DNA of 64,000 nt. Origin: Carcharhinus longimanus (Eukaryota). Shown here one piece after another: positions 10,391-21,614 of this stretch; the first letter of the stretch is position 1, and each line of letters opens with the position of its first letter. Position numbers and translations under genes: made by a program. The DNA is taken from positions 68,909,351 to 68,973,350 of the forward strand of contig JASCQW010000109.1 of NCBI GenBank assembly GCA_030264375.1, in the 5' to 3' direction. Under the pieces are notes generated by a model that did not search any database, was not told the DNA's origin, and saw nothing but the letters and a program-made list of their open reading frames with translations.

Positions 10391-11419
10391 TTTAGACAAG
10401 AACATTCATGGTGACAGATAATTCACTTTGATGAAAAGTTAATTTTTGTGTTCCATCAGGGAGTAAGTTTTGTCTATTTGATTATGTCCTTGAGTAGTTA
10501 TTAGAATGCATGATACGCGAAACTGCTTCTTGCTGGTCGTATCTGCCCATATACCCATGGTGCGAAATGTTACTTTTTTGAAAGCCATGAACAGTGCACT
10601 TTATACTATAGGATTTACATGAATTGTATATTGGTATGCCTCTTTGTGATTCCTCTCTCGCCTGCTGTCTATGTTTGCATTCACATAACAGTAGACAAAA
10701 TAGTAGCAGAAAGCATATTTGCAGACTTCAGTCTTTCAAAGCTGAATGCAACTTTGAAAGCTTTCTTTTAAACAGCATGTCAAAAAATGTTTTCCCATTA
10801 TGTGTAGTGCGAATGTTTGACAAAGCATCCTTTACGAAATATTAAATGCCATGCAAAAAAAAAAACAGTATCTCGACCAATTTTGCCGGGGTAAAACTAT
10901 TTCCCACATTTAATTCTCATTTTACGCAGCACCTCTGGTTGATTGGGTTGAATTAAACTGTTTTGATATTTGGATATCGGGATTCACAATACTCTCACAA
11001 TACCCACCATATTCACACAAATAAATACTCTATGTGCTGCGAAATGCCTGACATGTCACAGACTCTAACTATAATTTTATGTGACTGCACAATCTTGTGG
11101 TTATGCAATGCATCCTGAATATTCTTACGCATAATTCAGCCTGCTTTCGAAATTATGAAATTCTGCCCTTTCCTCCAAGTATGTTAGAGGAAAATAATCA
11201 AACCCTCTTCCTTGCAAAATTTATGCTGTAGAATTACACATTTATTGTTTTCCTCCACATGATATAACTAACCATTTTTATTAGAAAACAGCTTTCTGTG
11301 TTGTAAATGTGACAACACGGTAAAGTGTTAAGAGCGTTCTAAATTCGGCAAAAAACCTGTTTATTCCAGCCAAACACACGGCCTTTCCTAATTGACAATA
11401 AAACAGCGGTATCACTGGA

Positions 11420-12110
11420 AATTCCGGCTTCCATACTTTCAAAGATTTCTCTTGTGAAACATTTGCCCTTGTTCACCTCTCCATCTCTGCAGCCCTTGGT
11501 TCGATGGATCACAGCATCCTTCCTCTTCGTTCAGTTCATTGGGTCGGTTTTGCCTGGTTTCACATTTCACAATTTTATCAAAGCCCATCTCTAATCACGA
11601 TTCCCCTTCTCGGCACATGATTTTCTTTTTGGAGATATCCAAGGATCTTTTTTTTATTATCGCAATGTTGTTTGAATGGTGATCAAATATCCAAGTCTAA
11701 GATGTATTTCCCTTCGGCGTTGAGCAGACAGAAATCATTGTCTCCAGCGCCCATCATAAGTGCTAGATGCTTGAAATTATCTCAGCCATTGTTTTAATCA
11801 GAACAGGAGTGTTCTCAATCATTTGACTCACAGCCCTGTAACAAATTACTTTATCCTTGCAATCACTGCTTAAGCCTTCAAAAACATAACTGCCTCCTTT
11901 CTTATCCCAGCCCATTTTCCAGTGAAAGTGATATCTTCATCAATTCCAGATCCTGCTATTGCAAAGTGTTCCTGATCGGCGCCCGTCCGGTCCTCCACAA
12001 TGCGTAAATTTTAGTTCATACAAAATGTTGCTGCCATCTCCTATCACATACTGAGTACACTTAATCAAATGCCTTGTCCTCGCAAAGTGCAGTGACGTTT
12101 GTTCCAGTGC
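11420..12110 (+). mobile_element. Old L2-clade LINE RT remnant
   Basis: ctctccatctctgcagcccttggttcgatggatcacagcatcctt resembles LDLSAAFDTVDHSIL; tttgcctggtttcac resembles LAWFH; heavily decayed. Confidence 0.5.
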
Positions 12111-12420
12111 TGCAATTTTTAAATACCAAACACCTGCCTGCCTGACTTTTTAAAACGCAGTAGCGGTTATTAATAAGGAAAAAGGTAGGAATTCCTGGAA
12201 AAAAAGAGTAATGTCCACCCAGTTCGCGTTCTACCAGTATGGAAGCCGGAATTTCCAATGGTGCTACAATTTTATTGTCAATTAGAATTAGCGTTTGGTT
12301 TAAAGAAACAGTATTTGCCGAATGTAAAAAAAAACTCTTAACACTTTCCCCTGTTATCACACTTTAACACAGAAAACAAACACAAAAAGTCAAAAAGAAT
12401 AGAGTCTTGAAACACCCAGA

Positions 12421-12495
12421 CATAGAACATAGAACATAGAACATAGAACATTACAGCGCAGAACAGGCCCTTCGGCCCACGATGTTGCGCCGACC
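12421..12495 (-). mobile_element. Young CR1 3' end with (CATAGAA)n microsatellite tail, abutting a gap
   Basis: catagaa x4 then cattacagcgcagaacaggcccttcggcccacgatgttg; similar tail at 43450-43497 on the + strand. Confidence 0.7.
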
Positions 12496-12649
12496 NNNNN
12501 NNNNNNNNNNNNNNNNNNNNNNNNNNNNNNNNNNNNNNNNNNNNNNNNNNNNNNNNNNNNNNNNNNNNNNNNNNNNNNNNNNNNNNNNNNNNNNNCAGAC
12601 TTCTTACTGTGTTTACCCCAGTCCAATGCCGGCATCTCCACATCTTGAT

Positions 12650-13697
12650 GACAGAAGACAGAAGGCTGATGTCGAAAGTTGTTTTTCAAACTGAAGGCCT
12701 GTGACCAGTGGTGTGCCTCAGGGATTGGTGCTGCATCCACTGTTATTTGTAATTTATATTCATGACTTGGGTGAGAATTAAGTAGGCATGGTTAGTAAGT
12801 TTGCAGATGACACCAAGCGGACAATGAAGAAGGTATCTAGGATTGCAACGGGATCTTGGTCAATTGGACCACTGGGCTGACAAATGGCAGATGGAGCTTA
12901 ATTTAGATAAATGTGAGGTGATGCATTTTGGTCGATCGAACCGGGGCAGGACTTAATTAATGGTAGGGTATCGGCGAGAGTTACAGAACAAAGAGAACTA
13001 GAAGTACAGATTCATCGCTTCTTGAAAGTGGAGTCACAGATGGACAGAGTGGTGGAGAAGTAATTTGGCATGCTTGGTTTCATTGGTCAGAACATTGAGT
13101 ACAAGAGTTGGAACGTTTTGTTAAAATTGTACAAGGCATTGGTAAGGCCGCACTTGGAATACTGTGTACAATTCCGGTCACCCTATTACAGGAAGGATAC
13201 TAATAAACTAGAAAGCTTGCAGAAAAGATTCACTAGGATGTTACTGGGACTTGATAGTTTGAGTTATAAAGAGAGGCTGGGTAGACTGGGACTTTTTTCT
13301 CTGGAGCATAGGAAGCTGAGAGGTGATCTTATAAAGGTCTATAAAATAATGAGGAGCATAGATCAGCGAGATAGTCAATGTATTTTCACAAAGGTAAGGG
13401 AGTCTAAAACTAAAGGGCATAGGTTTAAAGTGAGAGAGAGAGATACAAAAGTGTCCAAAGGAGCAATTTTTTCGCACAGAGGGTGGTGAATGCCTGGAAA
13501 AAAACTGCCAGAGGTAGTAGTAGAGGTGGTTAGAATTTTGTCTTTGAAAAACATTGAAAACTGTTTAGATGGTTATGGAGAGGTATGGGCCAAATGCGGA
13601 CAATTGGGACTAGCTTAGGAATTTAAAATAAGGCATGGACAAATTGGGCTGAAGAGCCTGTTTCCATGCTGTAAACATTAATGACTCTATGACTCTG
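12650..13697 (+). mobile_element. CR1 LINE, 5'-truncated (RT core to 3' UTR)
   Basis: GVPQG and SKFADDTK-coding DNA at 12710-12817; ORF 13070 LYKALVRPHLEYCVQFRSPYY..ERLGRLGLFSLE; gactctat repeat tail. Confidence 0.9.
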
Positions 13698-13741
13698 TGA
13701 CCTTCCATATTCCAGTGAACCTCCCCTACTCCATGCCAGCT

Positions 13742-13810
13742 TTGGGCAGCACCTTCCTGCCTCTGAGACAGAAGGGTTGTGGGTTCACATCCCACATCAG
13801 GACTGACATT
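13742..13810 (+). mobile_element. tRNA-derived SINE head fragment (Deu/SacSINE-like)
   Basis: gcagcaccttcctgcctctgagacagaagggttgtgggttcacatcccac: tRNA-like with B-box-like GGTTCAC. Confidence 0.45.
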
Positions 13811-13818
13811 TCTGGGAA

Positions 13819-13985
13819 AACCACCTCTACTACTACCTCTGGCAGCTTGTTCCAGGCATTCACCACCCTCTGTGTGAAACATTGCCCCTCTGGACACCTT
13901 TCTAACTCTTCCCTCTCACCTTAAATCTATACCCTCTAGTTTTAAACTCCCCTATCTTTGGGAAAATATATTGACTATCTAGTGC
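13819..13985 (-). mobile_element. CR1 fragment inverted relative to the adjacent CR1
   Basis: Reverse complement matches 13389-13531 (cagagggtggtgaatgcctggaa..ctgccagaggtagtagtagaggtggtt). Confidence 0.8.
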
Positions 13986-14195
13986 TGGGGTTATGGTGAA
14001 CAGAAGGCAGTGTAAGGTAAATCTTGACGTTGTGCGTAAGTGCAATGGTTGGGAGTGAGTTGGTGACATATTTTCCATCAGCCCCTATTATGATTTCCAT
14101 TAAAGTCAAACAGTTATGGACTTAAATGTAAGCAGCTTGCCGACTTGCGAACTCAAGTTCCACATTATCTCTCAATGGCAAAATTTACTTTAATG

Positions 14196-14335
14196 ATAGC
14201 AAAAACAGAAAATGCAAGACAATCTCAGAAGGTCTGATAGCCTTTTCGAACGAGAAGTAATCAGCCAGACTCGAAACGTTAGCCCTGTTTTCTCTCCATA
14301 GCGTCTGTCAGGCCTGCTGAAAATTTCAGATTCCA
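14196..14335. mobile_element. Penelope-like terminal-repeat remnant
   Basis: aaaacagaaaatgc..aatctcagaaggtctg and gactcgaaacgttagccctgttttctctccatag..gcctgctga. Related pieces at 54695-54750 and 55500-55580. Confidence 0.45.
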
Positions 14336-15145
14336 ACATCCAAACCTGGGCTGACAAATAGCAAGTAACATTCACATCACACAAATGCCAGGCAATGACC
14401 TTCACCAATAAGAGGCAATCAAACCACCGCCCCTTGACAGTTAATGGTGTTACCATCATTGAGTGTCCTTCTGTCGACTTCTTTGAGGTTACCGTTGACC
14501 AAAAGTCAACTGGACTCGTCACATAAACTTGATGGCTACAAGAGCAGGTCAGAGGCTAGGAATACTGCAACGAGTTACTCAACCCCTGGTTCCCCAATTC
14601 ATGTCCACAATCCACAAGCCACAAATCAGGAGTGTGGTAGATTACTCACCACTTACCTGGATGTTTGCATCTCGAACAACACTCAAAACGCTTGACAACA
14701 TACAGGACAGAACAGCCTGCTTGATTGGCTCCACTTCCACAACCGTCCCCTCCCCCAACAGCGACGCTTGGTAGCAGCAGCGTGTACTACTCCCAAGCTG
14801 CACTGCAGAAATTCATCAAGTTCACTAAAGACCTTAGACAACCCCTTACACTTCTATGAGTATTTCCATCTAGAAGGACAAGGGCAGCAAATACGTAGGA
14901 ATACCGTCACCTGCAAGTTCCCCCCTAAGTCATTCACCACCCTGACTTGGGAATATATGGCCGTTGCTTTGCAGTAGCTGGGTCAAATTGCTGGAATTCC
15001 ATAACGAACAGTATTGTTTGGCAATTTACAGCACATGGAATGTAGCGTATCAAAGAGGCAACTCACTAGCATCTTCTCAAAGGCAATAAGCCACAGGCAA
15101 TAAAAACACACCAAACAGCGACGCCCGTGTCCAATGCATGAACAA
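14335..15145 (+). mobile_element. Second CR1-type LINE family, RT C-terminus and 3' UTR
   Basis: ORF 14529 ATRAGQRLGILQRV..KPQIRSVVDYSPLTW..LDNIQD. Homologous copies at 23000-23630, 24500-25735 and 53560-55170. Confidence 0.75.
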
Positions 15146-15191
15146 TATATCCGCAATTACTTGCTTTTATTTACTTAAAACTCACTACTTC

Positions 15192-15480
15192 GTAGTCACA
15201 AGTAGGCGTACGTCAACACTGCAATGAAGTTACTGTGAACTTCCCCTTGTTGTCACACTTCGGCGCCTGTTCAGGAACACTGAGGAAGAATTTAGCATGG
15301 CGAATGCACATAACCAGCACATCTTTGGACTGTGGGAAGAAACCAGAGCACCCGGAGAACACTGACGCAGACGCAGGGAGAACGTGCAAACTCCACGTAG
15401 ATAGTGACCCAAGTCGGGAATCGAACCTGGGTCCCAGGGGCTGTGAGACAGCAGTGCCAACCACTATGCCATGTGCTGCT
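15192..15480 (-). mobile_element. V-SINE (tRNA head, V-domain), tail type B
   Basis: Reverse complement of a tRNA head (gtggttggcactgctgtctcacagc..ggttcgattccc), V core gggtgctctggtttcttcccacagtccaaagatgtg, tail gtaacttcattgcagtg..ctacttgtgact. Confidence 0.85.
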
Positions 15481-16035
15481 CCTTTACTTCAATGACTTTA
15501 CTTCGATAATATTTATCTTTGAAACTTAAATTCCGTTTTGTTAGTCCCTAAGTCAAAGTAGGAATACAGNNNNNNNNNNNATCCACAGACCACCGAATGC
15601 AGTAACACTTTCACCTCACTAACATGCTTCATAGCACTGCTGGACATACAGCAACCATTTGTTTTCCCGCCTTGTCAGCCACTGGTCTCATTAGCCGGCA
15701 CATCTCTGACAGTGGAACAGTCTGTCTATAATTTTCATACTAGTTTCCTACCATCCTGCAATTACACTGAAGAAGATAATTTCTTCCGACTGAAAAGAAA
15801 GGCAAATACAGCCTCATCGCATTTTCCATTTCTCTTCCATTTAGAATTTTCCTTCTCCTACCACTGGTGTTGTACATTAAGACACTTGCAGCGCGTATCT
15901 AATTGAACTGTAGAGTATACGCGACGATCGCTCATTTTATCTTTGAATTATTTGATGGAACTCTTTTGGGCATTTTTGGTTGCGCACTGCAATTTTTTCT
16001 GTTCGTTACATTGCAATCGAGTTCGAAACAGTCTA

Positions 16036-16124
16036 GCTTTAAGAACAGTTGCTGCAATTATTGGTTGCGGCTCTTCGTGTCGCTGTCTACCAATAAGCAG
16101 CTGAGACGCTACGAGGGATCTACC
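16036..16124 (+). promoter_or_regulatory. Pcdh promoter with CSE/CGCT box (putative CTCF site)
   Basis: GCTTTAAG 16036, TGCAA 16053, ATTGG 16060, CGCT 16081, CCAAT 16090, GATCTACC 16117; 278 bp upstream of the ATG. Confidence 0.88.
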
Positions 16125-16358
16125 CCCTCCCTCTCTGCGGAAGCACAGAACAGAAGCGAAGAGACAGTCTGTTTCTGCGTTTATGCTGTGCGGCCATGTT
16201 CAGCAAAGCAGCTGGGGCCGAGACTTTGCATTTCTAGATCCCGTGTTTGTATATGGATAAACGTATGTACCTGAGCGATTGTATCAGGTTTGGAGGCCAG
16301 TTAATCCTTACGATCGGAAAATATTTTGAAATTTGATGACAGAATCTAACCCCGGACA

Positions 16359-18752
16359 ATGGCGAATACACTGATGTGCAGGGCGTATTTCATCTTGCTG
16401 CTTTGTGTGTTGGACCTGGTGTCTGGACAAATTCACTATTCCATACCTGAGGAATTGGAACATGGGGCAATTGTCGGGAATGTCGCTGAGGATTTATCAT
16501 TAAATATTTGGGAATTATCTACTCGCAATTTTCGGCTTGTCTCTGATGAAACGCAGCGCTACATGGAGGTAAATCTGGAAAATGGAAATTTGCTTGTTCA
16601 TGATAGAATCGATAGGGAACAGATATGCAGGCAAAGCTCGACTTGTTCTCTTAATTTGCAAATAGCCCTTGATAATCCGTTAGAAATACATCCAATTGCA
16701 GTGGAGATACAAGATGTAAATGATAATTCACCCAGATTCCCAAAGAGCGAATTTTCCCTGCAGATTAATGAATTAATTTCGCCAGGAGCGCGCTTCCCCC
16801 TCGAGAGCGCGCACGATCCGGACGTGGGCACAAACACAGTCAGTAATTACCACATTAGTCCAAATGAACATTTTGGTCTTAAAGTGCAGACAAGAAGTGA
16901 CGGGAGTAGCGGTGCTGAGTTGCTTTTAAAAAAACCTTTAGACCGTGAGAAACAGGCGATCTTTCAGTTGGTACTGACAGCCATTGACGGCGGGATTCCT
17001 GCGAGATCTGGTGAAACTCGGATAATGATTACTGTGCTGGACGTCAATGATAACGCGCCCGCATTTGATCAAGAAATATACAGGGCGCGTGTTAACGAGA
17101 ACGTCGCCAAAGGTACCTTGGTAACAAAAATTAATGCGGTTGATTTAGATGAAGGCATGAATGCTGAGTTGACCTATTCCTTTACAAACCATGTGTCCGA
17201 AAAGATTCGGGAACTGTTCACAGTGGACCCAGTAACTGGAGAGATCAAAGTTCAAGGTGTATTGGATTTTGAAGAATCGAGCGTTTATGAACTTGATGTG
17301 GAAGCTGTGGATAACGGTCTGGCCGGCATGGCAGGACATGCCAAAGTCATAGTCGGACTAATAGACACGAATGACAACGCCCCGGACCTTGAAGTGACCT
17401 TGGTGTCCAGTACAGTGCAGGAAGATGCTCCCCCGGGCACTGTGATAGCTCTGATCAGAGTAACAGATTTAGATTCTGGCGAATATGGAGAGGTTCAGTG
17501 CCAGGTTCCAGCGCAGCTTCCTTTTAAACTTCAAAAATCTTTGAAAAACAATTACAAATTGGTTACCAAAACTTTATTGAATCGCGAAAACTTTCCGATG
17601 TACAACATCTCTATTTCAGCTTGGGACGGAGGGATTCCCCCTCTTTCAACAAATAGAACTGTCTTAGTTTCAGTATCTGATGTAAATGACAACGCCCCGA
17701 GGTTTACGCAATCTTCATATGATCTATATCTCATGGAGAATAACACACCTGGTTCTTCCATTTTTGCTGTTACTGCTTTAGACCCTGATTTAAATTCTAA
17801 TGGGGAGGTGTCATATTCTATTTTGTCGAATCCGATGCAAGAAATGTCTGCGTCTGCTTACGTCAGCATTAACTCGAGAAATGGCAACATTTACGCACAG
17901 CGTTCCTTTGACTATGAGCAATTGAAACATTTTCAGATCAATGTTCGTGCTCAGGATAATGGATCTCCCCCACTGAGCAGCGCGACTATGGTGAATGTCA
18001 TTATTTTGGATCAAAATGACAATGCTCCGGTCATAGTTTCCCCTTTGACGTGGAACAGATCGGCATCAGTGGAGATTCAATCCCAAACAGTACATACAGG
18101 ATACGTGGTTACTAAGATAATCGCTACGGATGCAGATTCTGGTCAGAATGCACGGCTTTCTTATCTTTTGTTGGAAGCAACTGATGCAAACCTGTTTACT
18201 GTGGGTCTTCACTCTGGAGACATCACAGCAACTCGCAGTTTGAGAGATCAAGACCTCACCACAGAGAGAATCGTCATCTGCATCAAGGATAATGGACAGC
18301 CAAGCCTCTCCAGTACGGTCGCAATTTTCTTTTCAATCATGCCTAATGCTACTAAAAAACTTCCGGAACTAAGTTACCAGCCTCGAACTGAGGGATATTT
18401 TTCGGATATAAACCGTTATTTAATCATCATTTTGGGATCAACATCCTTCTTCTTCCTTGTAATCATTATTTTTCTGGTCGTCCTAAAATGTAAACAAGAC
18501 AGAAATATCGTAGAAGACAGTTGCTTTACAATTTGCTGTTACAGCCAGAGGAATGCGGATAATACCTTCATTCGGAGATCAGCTGTAAACGAACAGTTAA
18601 ATTATACAGGGCCAGATCAAGCTGAACGTTACCGTTACGCCGTCTGTTTATCTCCTGAATCATCCAAAAGTGAATTTCTGTTTCTGAAGCCTTGTCATCC
18701 TACTTTGCCTTTCACGGACCGAGTTACTCCGGACTCCAATCCGGGGATATGA
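16359..18752 (+). CDS. Clustered protocadherin, single-exon ORF (797 aa)
   Basis: Same architecture: VSG/QIHYSIPEE, RIDREQIC, six EC repeats, TM, YAVCLSPESSKSEFLFLKPCHPTLPF. Confidence 0.95.
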   Translation: MANTLMCRAYFILLLCVLDLVSGQIHYSIPEELEHGAIVGNVAEDLSLNIWELSTRNFRLVSDETQRYMEVNLENGNLLVHDRIDREQICRQSSTCSLNLQIALDNPLEIHPIAVEIQDVNDNSPRFPKSEFSLQINELISPGARFPLESAHDPDVGTNTVSNYHISPNEHFGLKVQTRSDGSSGAELLLKKPLDREKQAIFQLVLTAIDGGIPARSGETRIMITVLDVNDNAPAFDQEIYRARVNENVAKGTLVTKINAVDLDEGMNAELTYSFTNHVSEKIRELFTVDPVTGEIKVQGVLDFEESSVYELDVEAVDNGLAGMAGHAKVIVGLIDTNDNAPDLEVTLVSSTVQEDAPPGTVIALIRVTDLDSGEYGEVQCQVPAQLPFKLQKSLKNNYKLVTKTLLNRENFPMYNISISAWDGGIPPLSTNRTVLVSVSDVNDNAPRFTQSSYDLYLMENNTPGSSIFAVTALDPDLNSNGEVSYSILSNPMQEMSASAYVSINSRNGNIYAQRSFDYEQLKHFQINVRAQDNGSPPLSSATMVNVIILDQNDNAPVIVSPLTWNRSASVEIQSQTVHTGYVVTKIIATDADSGQNARLSYLLLEATDANLFTVGLHSGDITATRSLRDQDLTTERIVICIKDNGQPSLSSTVAIFFSIMPNATKKLPELSYQPRTEGYFSDINRYLIIILGSTSFFFLVIIIFLVVLKCKQDRNIVEDSCFTICCYSQRNADNTFIRRSAVNEQLNYTGPDQAERYRYAVCLSPESSKSEFLFLKPCHPTLPFTDRVTPDSNPGI

Positions 18753-19039
18753 TTTCAGAGGAATGTCTCAGCTGAGAATGGTTTATGTAATTGAAGAATT
18801 ATACAGTGCAGAAGAAAGTCATTTTCCTGTGTGCCTAAAAGTGTAATATAATTAATTTCCATTCCAAAATCTTCTATGTCCGCCCACAATTTTTACTACA
18901 TGCCCAATCATTTTTTTGAAACTTACTATGGAAGATTCTTTCAACGTCTCAACGTGATCCCCTATCATTCTTCCAAACACCGGGGAATCTGTCTTCAGAG
19001 GACCACGTAGCCATCCCACGATGAATCTGGTGAAACCTT

Positions 19040-20040
19040 TTACTCTTCCCTAATGGTAAATGTATCATTTCTTAGGTAAGAAGACCACAAGTGTGCACAA
19101 TAACGCAGTTCATGTCCTACCAGGGTTCTCTGCAATTGCAGCAAGACACTTTGCTCTTGAAGCATAGTCTTGATTATTAATATGTAACAATTAAAAGAGG
19201 GTCCTAATATTATTCCCGGGGGTACTGATTGATGGGGAAGGCACGGTGGCACAGTTATTAGCATTGCTGCCTCACAGCACAAGGGACCCAGGTTTGATTC
19301 CCGGCTTGGGTACTATCTGTGTGGAGTCTGCACATTCACCCCCGGTCTGTGTGGATTGTCTTGGTTGCTGTAGTTTCCTCCCACAGTCCAAAAGATGTGC
19401 TGGTTACGTGCATTGGCCATGCTAAATTCTCTCTCAGTGTACCCAACAGGCGCTGGAGCCTGGCGACTAGGGGTTTTTCGCAGTAACTTTGTTGCAGTAT
19501 TAATGCAAGCATACTTGTGACACTAATAAATAAATTTAAACTTAAATAAACTTAAACTTAGACTGTATTGCTAACTCCTGTCAAATAAACAAAGTAACTC
19601 ACCATTACCCTATTCCTCCTATGATTTAGTCGGATATATGCCAAACTTACCACAAATATATCAATCCCATGTTCTCCTATTTGTCGAATAAATTTGTTCT
19701 GTACTAACTTATCAAACATCAATGCGCAAATATCCAGCTGTTCCATTAGATTCATCCATGTAATAGGATTTAATTGTACTCTAATGTGTATGCCAATTCC
19801 ATCATAAAACTCATCCAGTTTATTTAGACATTTTTCGCCTTCAACAAATCTGTCCTGGAAGCCTTCATTATGCTTTTCTAATTGGATATTAGTATCACCT
19901 CTGGGAATTGTGCCCATAGTTGTCTCAATACATTGCTTGTCCTGTAGTTGTTAGAGAGAGCCTACTCTCCTTTTACAATACAAGTGTAATATTTGCAACC
20001 ATCCAAATGCTCTGGGACCTCTCCCATATCTAAAGCATCG
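19040..20040 (-). mobile_element. Decayed CR1 LINE fragments interrupted by a SINE
   Basis: Minus ORF 19040 LQLQRTLVGHELRYCAHLWSSYLRND; ORF 19558 GFQDRFVEGEKCLNKLDEFYD..FDKLV (QHGF..CLTNLLEFF..FDKV-like). Confidence 0.65.
19236..19560 (+). mobile_element. V-SINE, tail type B, full length
   Basis: ggcacggtggcacagttattagcattgctgcctcacagc..ggtttgattccc head, V core, tail ending cttgtgacactaataaataaatttaaacttaaataaacttaaactt. Confidence 0.88.
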
Positions 20041-21614
20041 AGCTATCTGTTAATCAGTCAATTTCAGATTTTCTTCAAATAGCTAAATTCTCGCACTGGT
20101 AATTACACGCCAGTTAGGCTGTATTCCGCATTGCTGTTCGTGTAACCGGACATGTCGATAATGATATACTTGATGTTGTGTCACCGCTACAGTAGTAGCA
20201 TAAGAACGAGAACTATCTTTTTTCTGGTACATTTTTTTTCCTTTTGAAGAAGTGCATATCAATATTTCCTCGATAATTCCTCCGCTGTTTGTGATTGTGT
20301 TTTAACGCATGCGTATAAAAGATTGATTAATATCATGAGGCATAATTTCAGAGTCTGAAGCGCATTCACTTGTGACTGCAAAGGGCAACTTCGATGAAAC
20401 TGAAGCCTTTGTTTCAGGTTTCAAGTTGATTTAAGAAAATGTTTTATCAGCGTACGCAATGAGAACGTTAGCACTTGTCAGTTTATACGTCGGTCTGAAA
20501 ATGTTGCAGATTTTCTAAAAAAAATGTGCAGTGAAACAGAATATACTGTAGATGATTTTGCTTTTAACGTGTTCCAGATATGAATAGTTCAACTGTGATG
20601 GAATTCCCAGAGCGGAATTTTCACGTTTTCCTGCTGTTACATTCCAGTGAAAGCAATAGAGATGGGTTCCTACAATTTACTCATATGTTTTCGAAACGTG
20701 TTGAATATTCAAGTGGCAATCATTTATTATGTTTAAATATCGGTTTAGTACGCGTGAATAAAATCACAAAAGGTACAAATATTAGATTATACGATTGAAG
20801 CTGACAATTCCATTCTTTCATGACCAAATTAAAGATTTTATTTGGAGATCACACATTGTCTAAAAATCCCACGTTTCCAAAATAGGTTGGTTGAATTTGG
20901 ATTGTGATACCTGAGTAGGGTTAGTATCACTATTTTCTGAGGATGCATCAGTACCTTTCAATCCTATGCACTGATGGATGATTCTCAGTATTTTCCAAAA
21001 TATTTTCTTCTTTAAATGTTAGACGTTCAAGATGGCAGAAGGTTCGCAAGCATCAGCGAGAGATAAACGCAGAGAGATATGTCGAGTAGACCAGAACAAT
21101 CCTCAAAAACAGAATGTGCACATGTCCCTTGAAACGTGGTAAAGTAGGTTTCCCAACCTTGTTGCTTGAGTGACAACATTTCTTTGTTTTCTCACTCAAC
21201 GGGTTGACAAGCATACTTCAGAATGATAAAGTCTGGTTCATCATTAAAACGTGAATTTCAAACCAAAACAAAATCAATGTCAAAGCTGGCAAATTGAATT
21301 TTCTTAAAGAGGCATTAAAGAATCGTCACTTAAAGAGTCACAACAGCAGAGCTAACTAATGTACCTTTCGTGATTTTTAGCTTAAGAATCACCCTGAAGG
21401 GACAAATTAGGCCCGGCGGCTTCTTCACCAGAAAACTGATGGAGATTCTGGCGGAGCTAAGGACTTGGCGTTAACTCACATTGATATTCAGTTCGGCTTT
21501 GGTGGCATACACTTTGAGCTACCTTCGGTAAAGATCGTACGGAACTGGGGTTCCAAACTGATTGCCTTTCTTCCAAGGTTTTTCTCTGCTCCTGCCTGAA
21601 TTGTGGAAAGAATT

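Noticed and set aside
15903-16274. Similar peptides from ORFs over promoters (15903, 29969, 7672: CCxYWLRLFVSLSTNK)
   Set aside because: These are translations of the conserved promoter DNA. They have non-ATG starts, the frame differs in the first gene, and it is closed early by TGA in the 45 kb promoter.
19236-19305. tRNA genes at SINE heads (also 34872, 55814, 13742)
   Set aside because: A/B-box-like sequences run into V-SINE cores and lack a complete cloverleaf; they are SINE heads.
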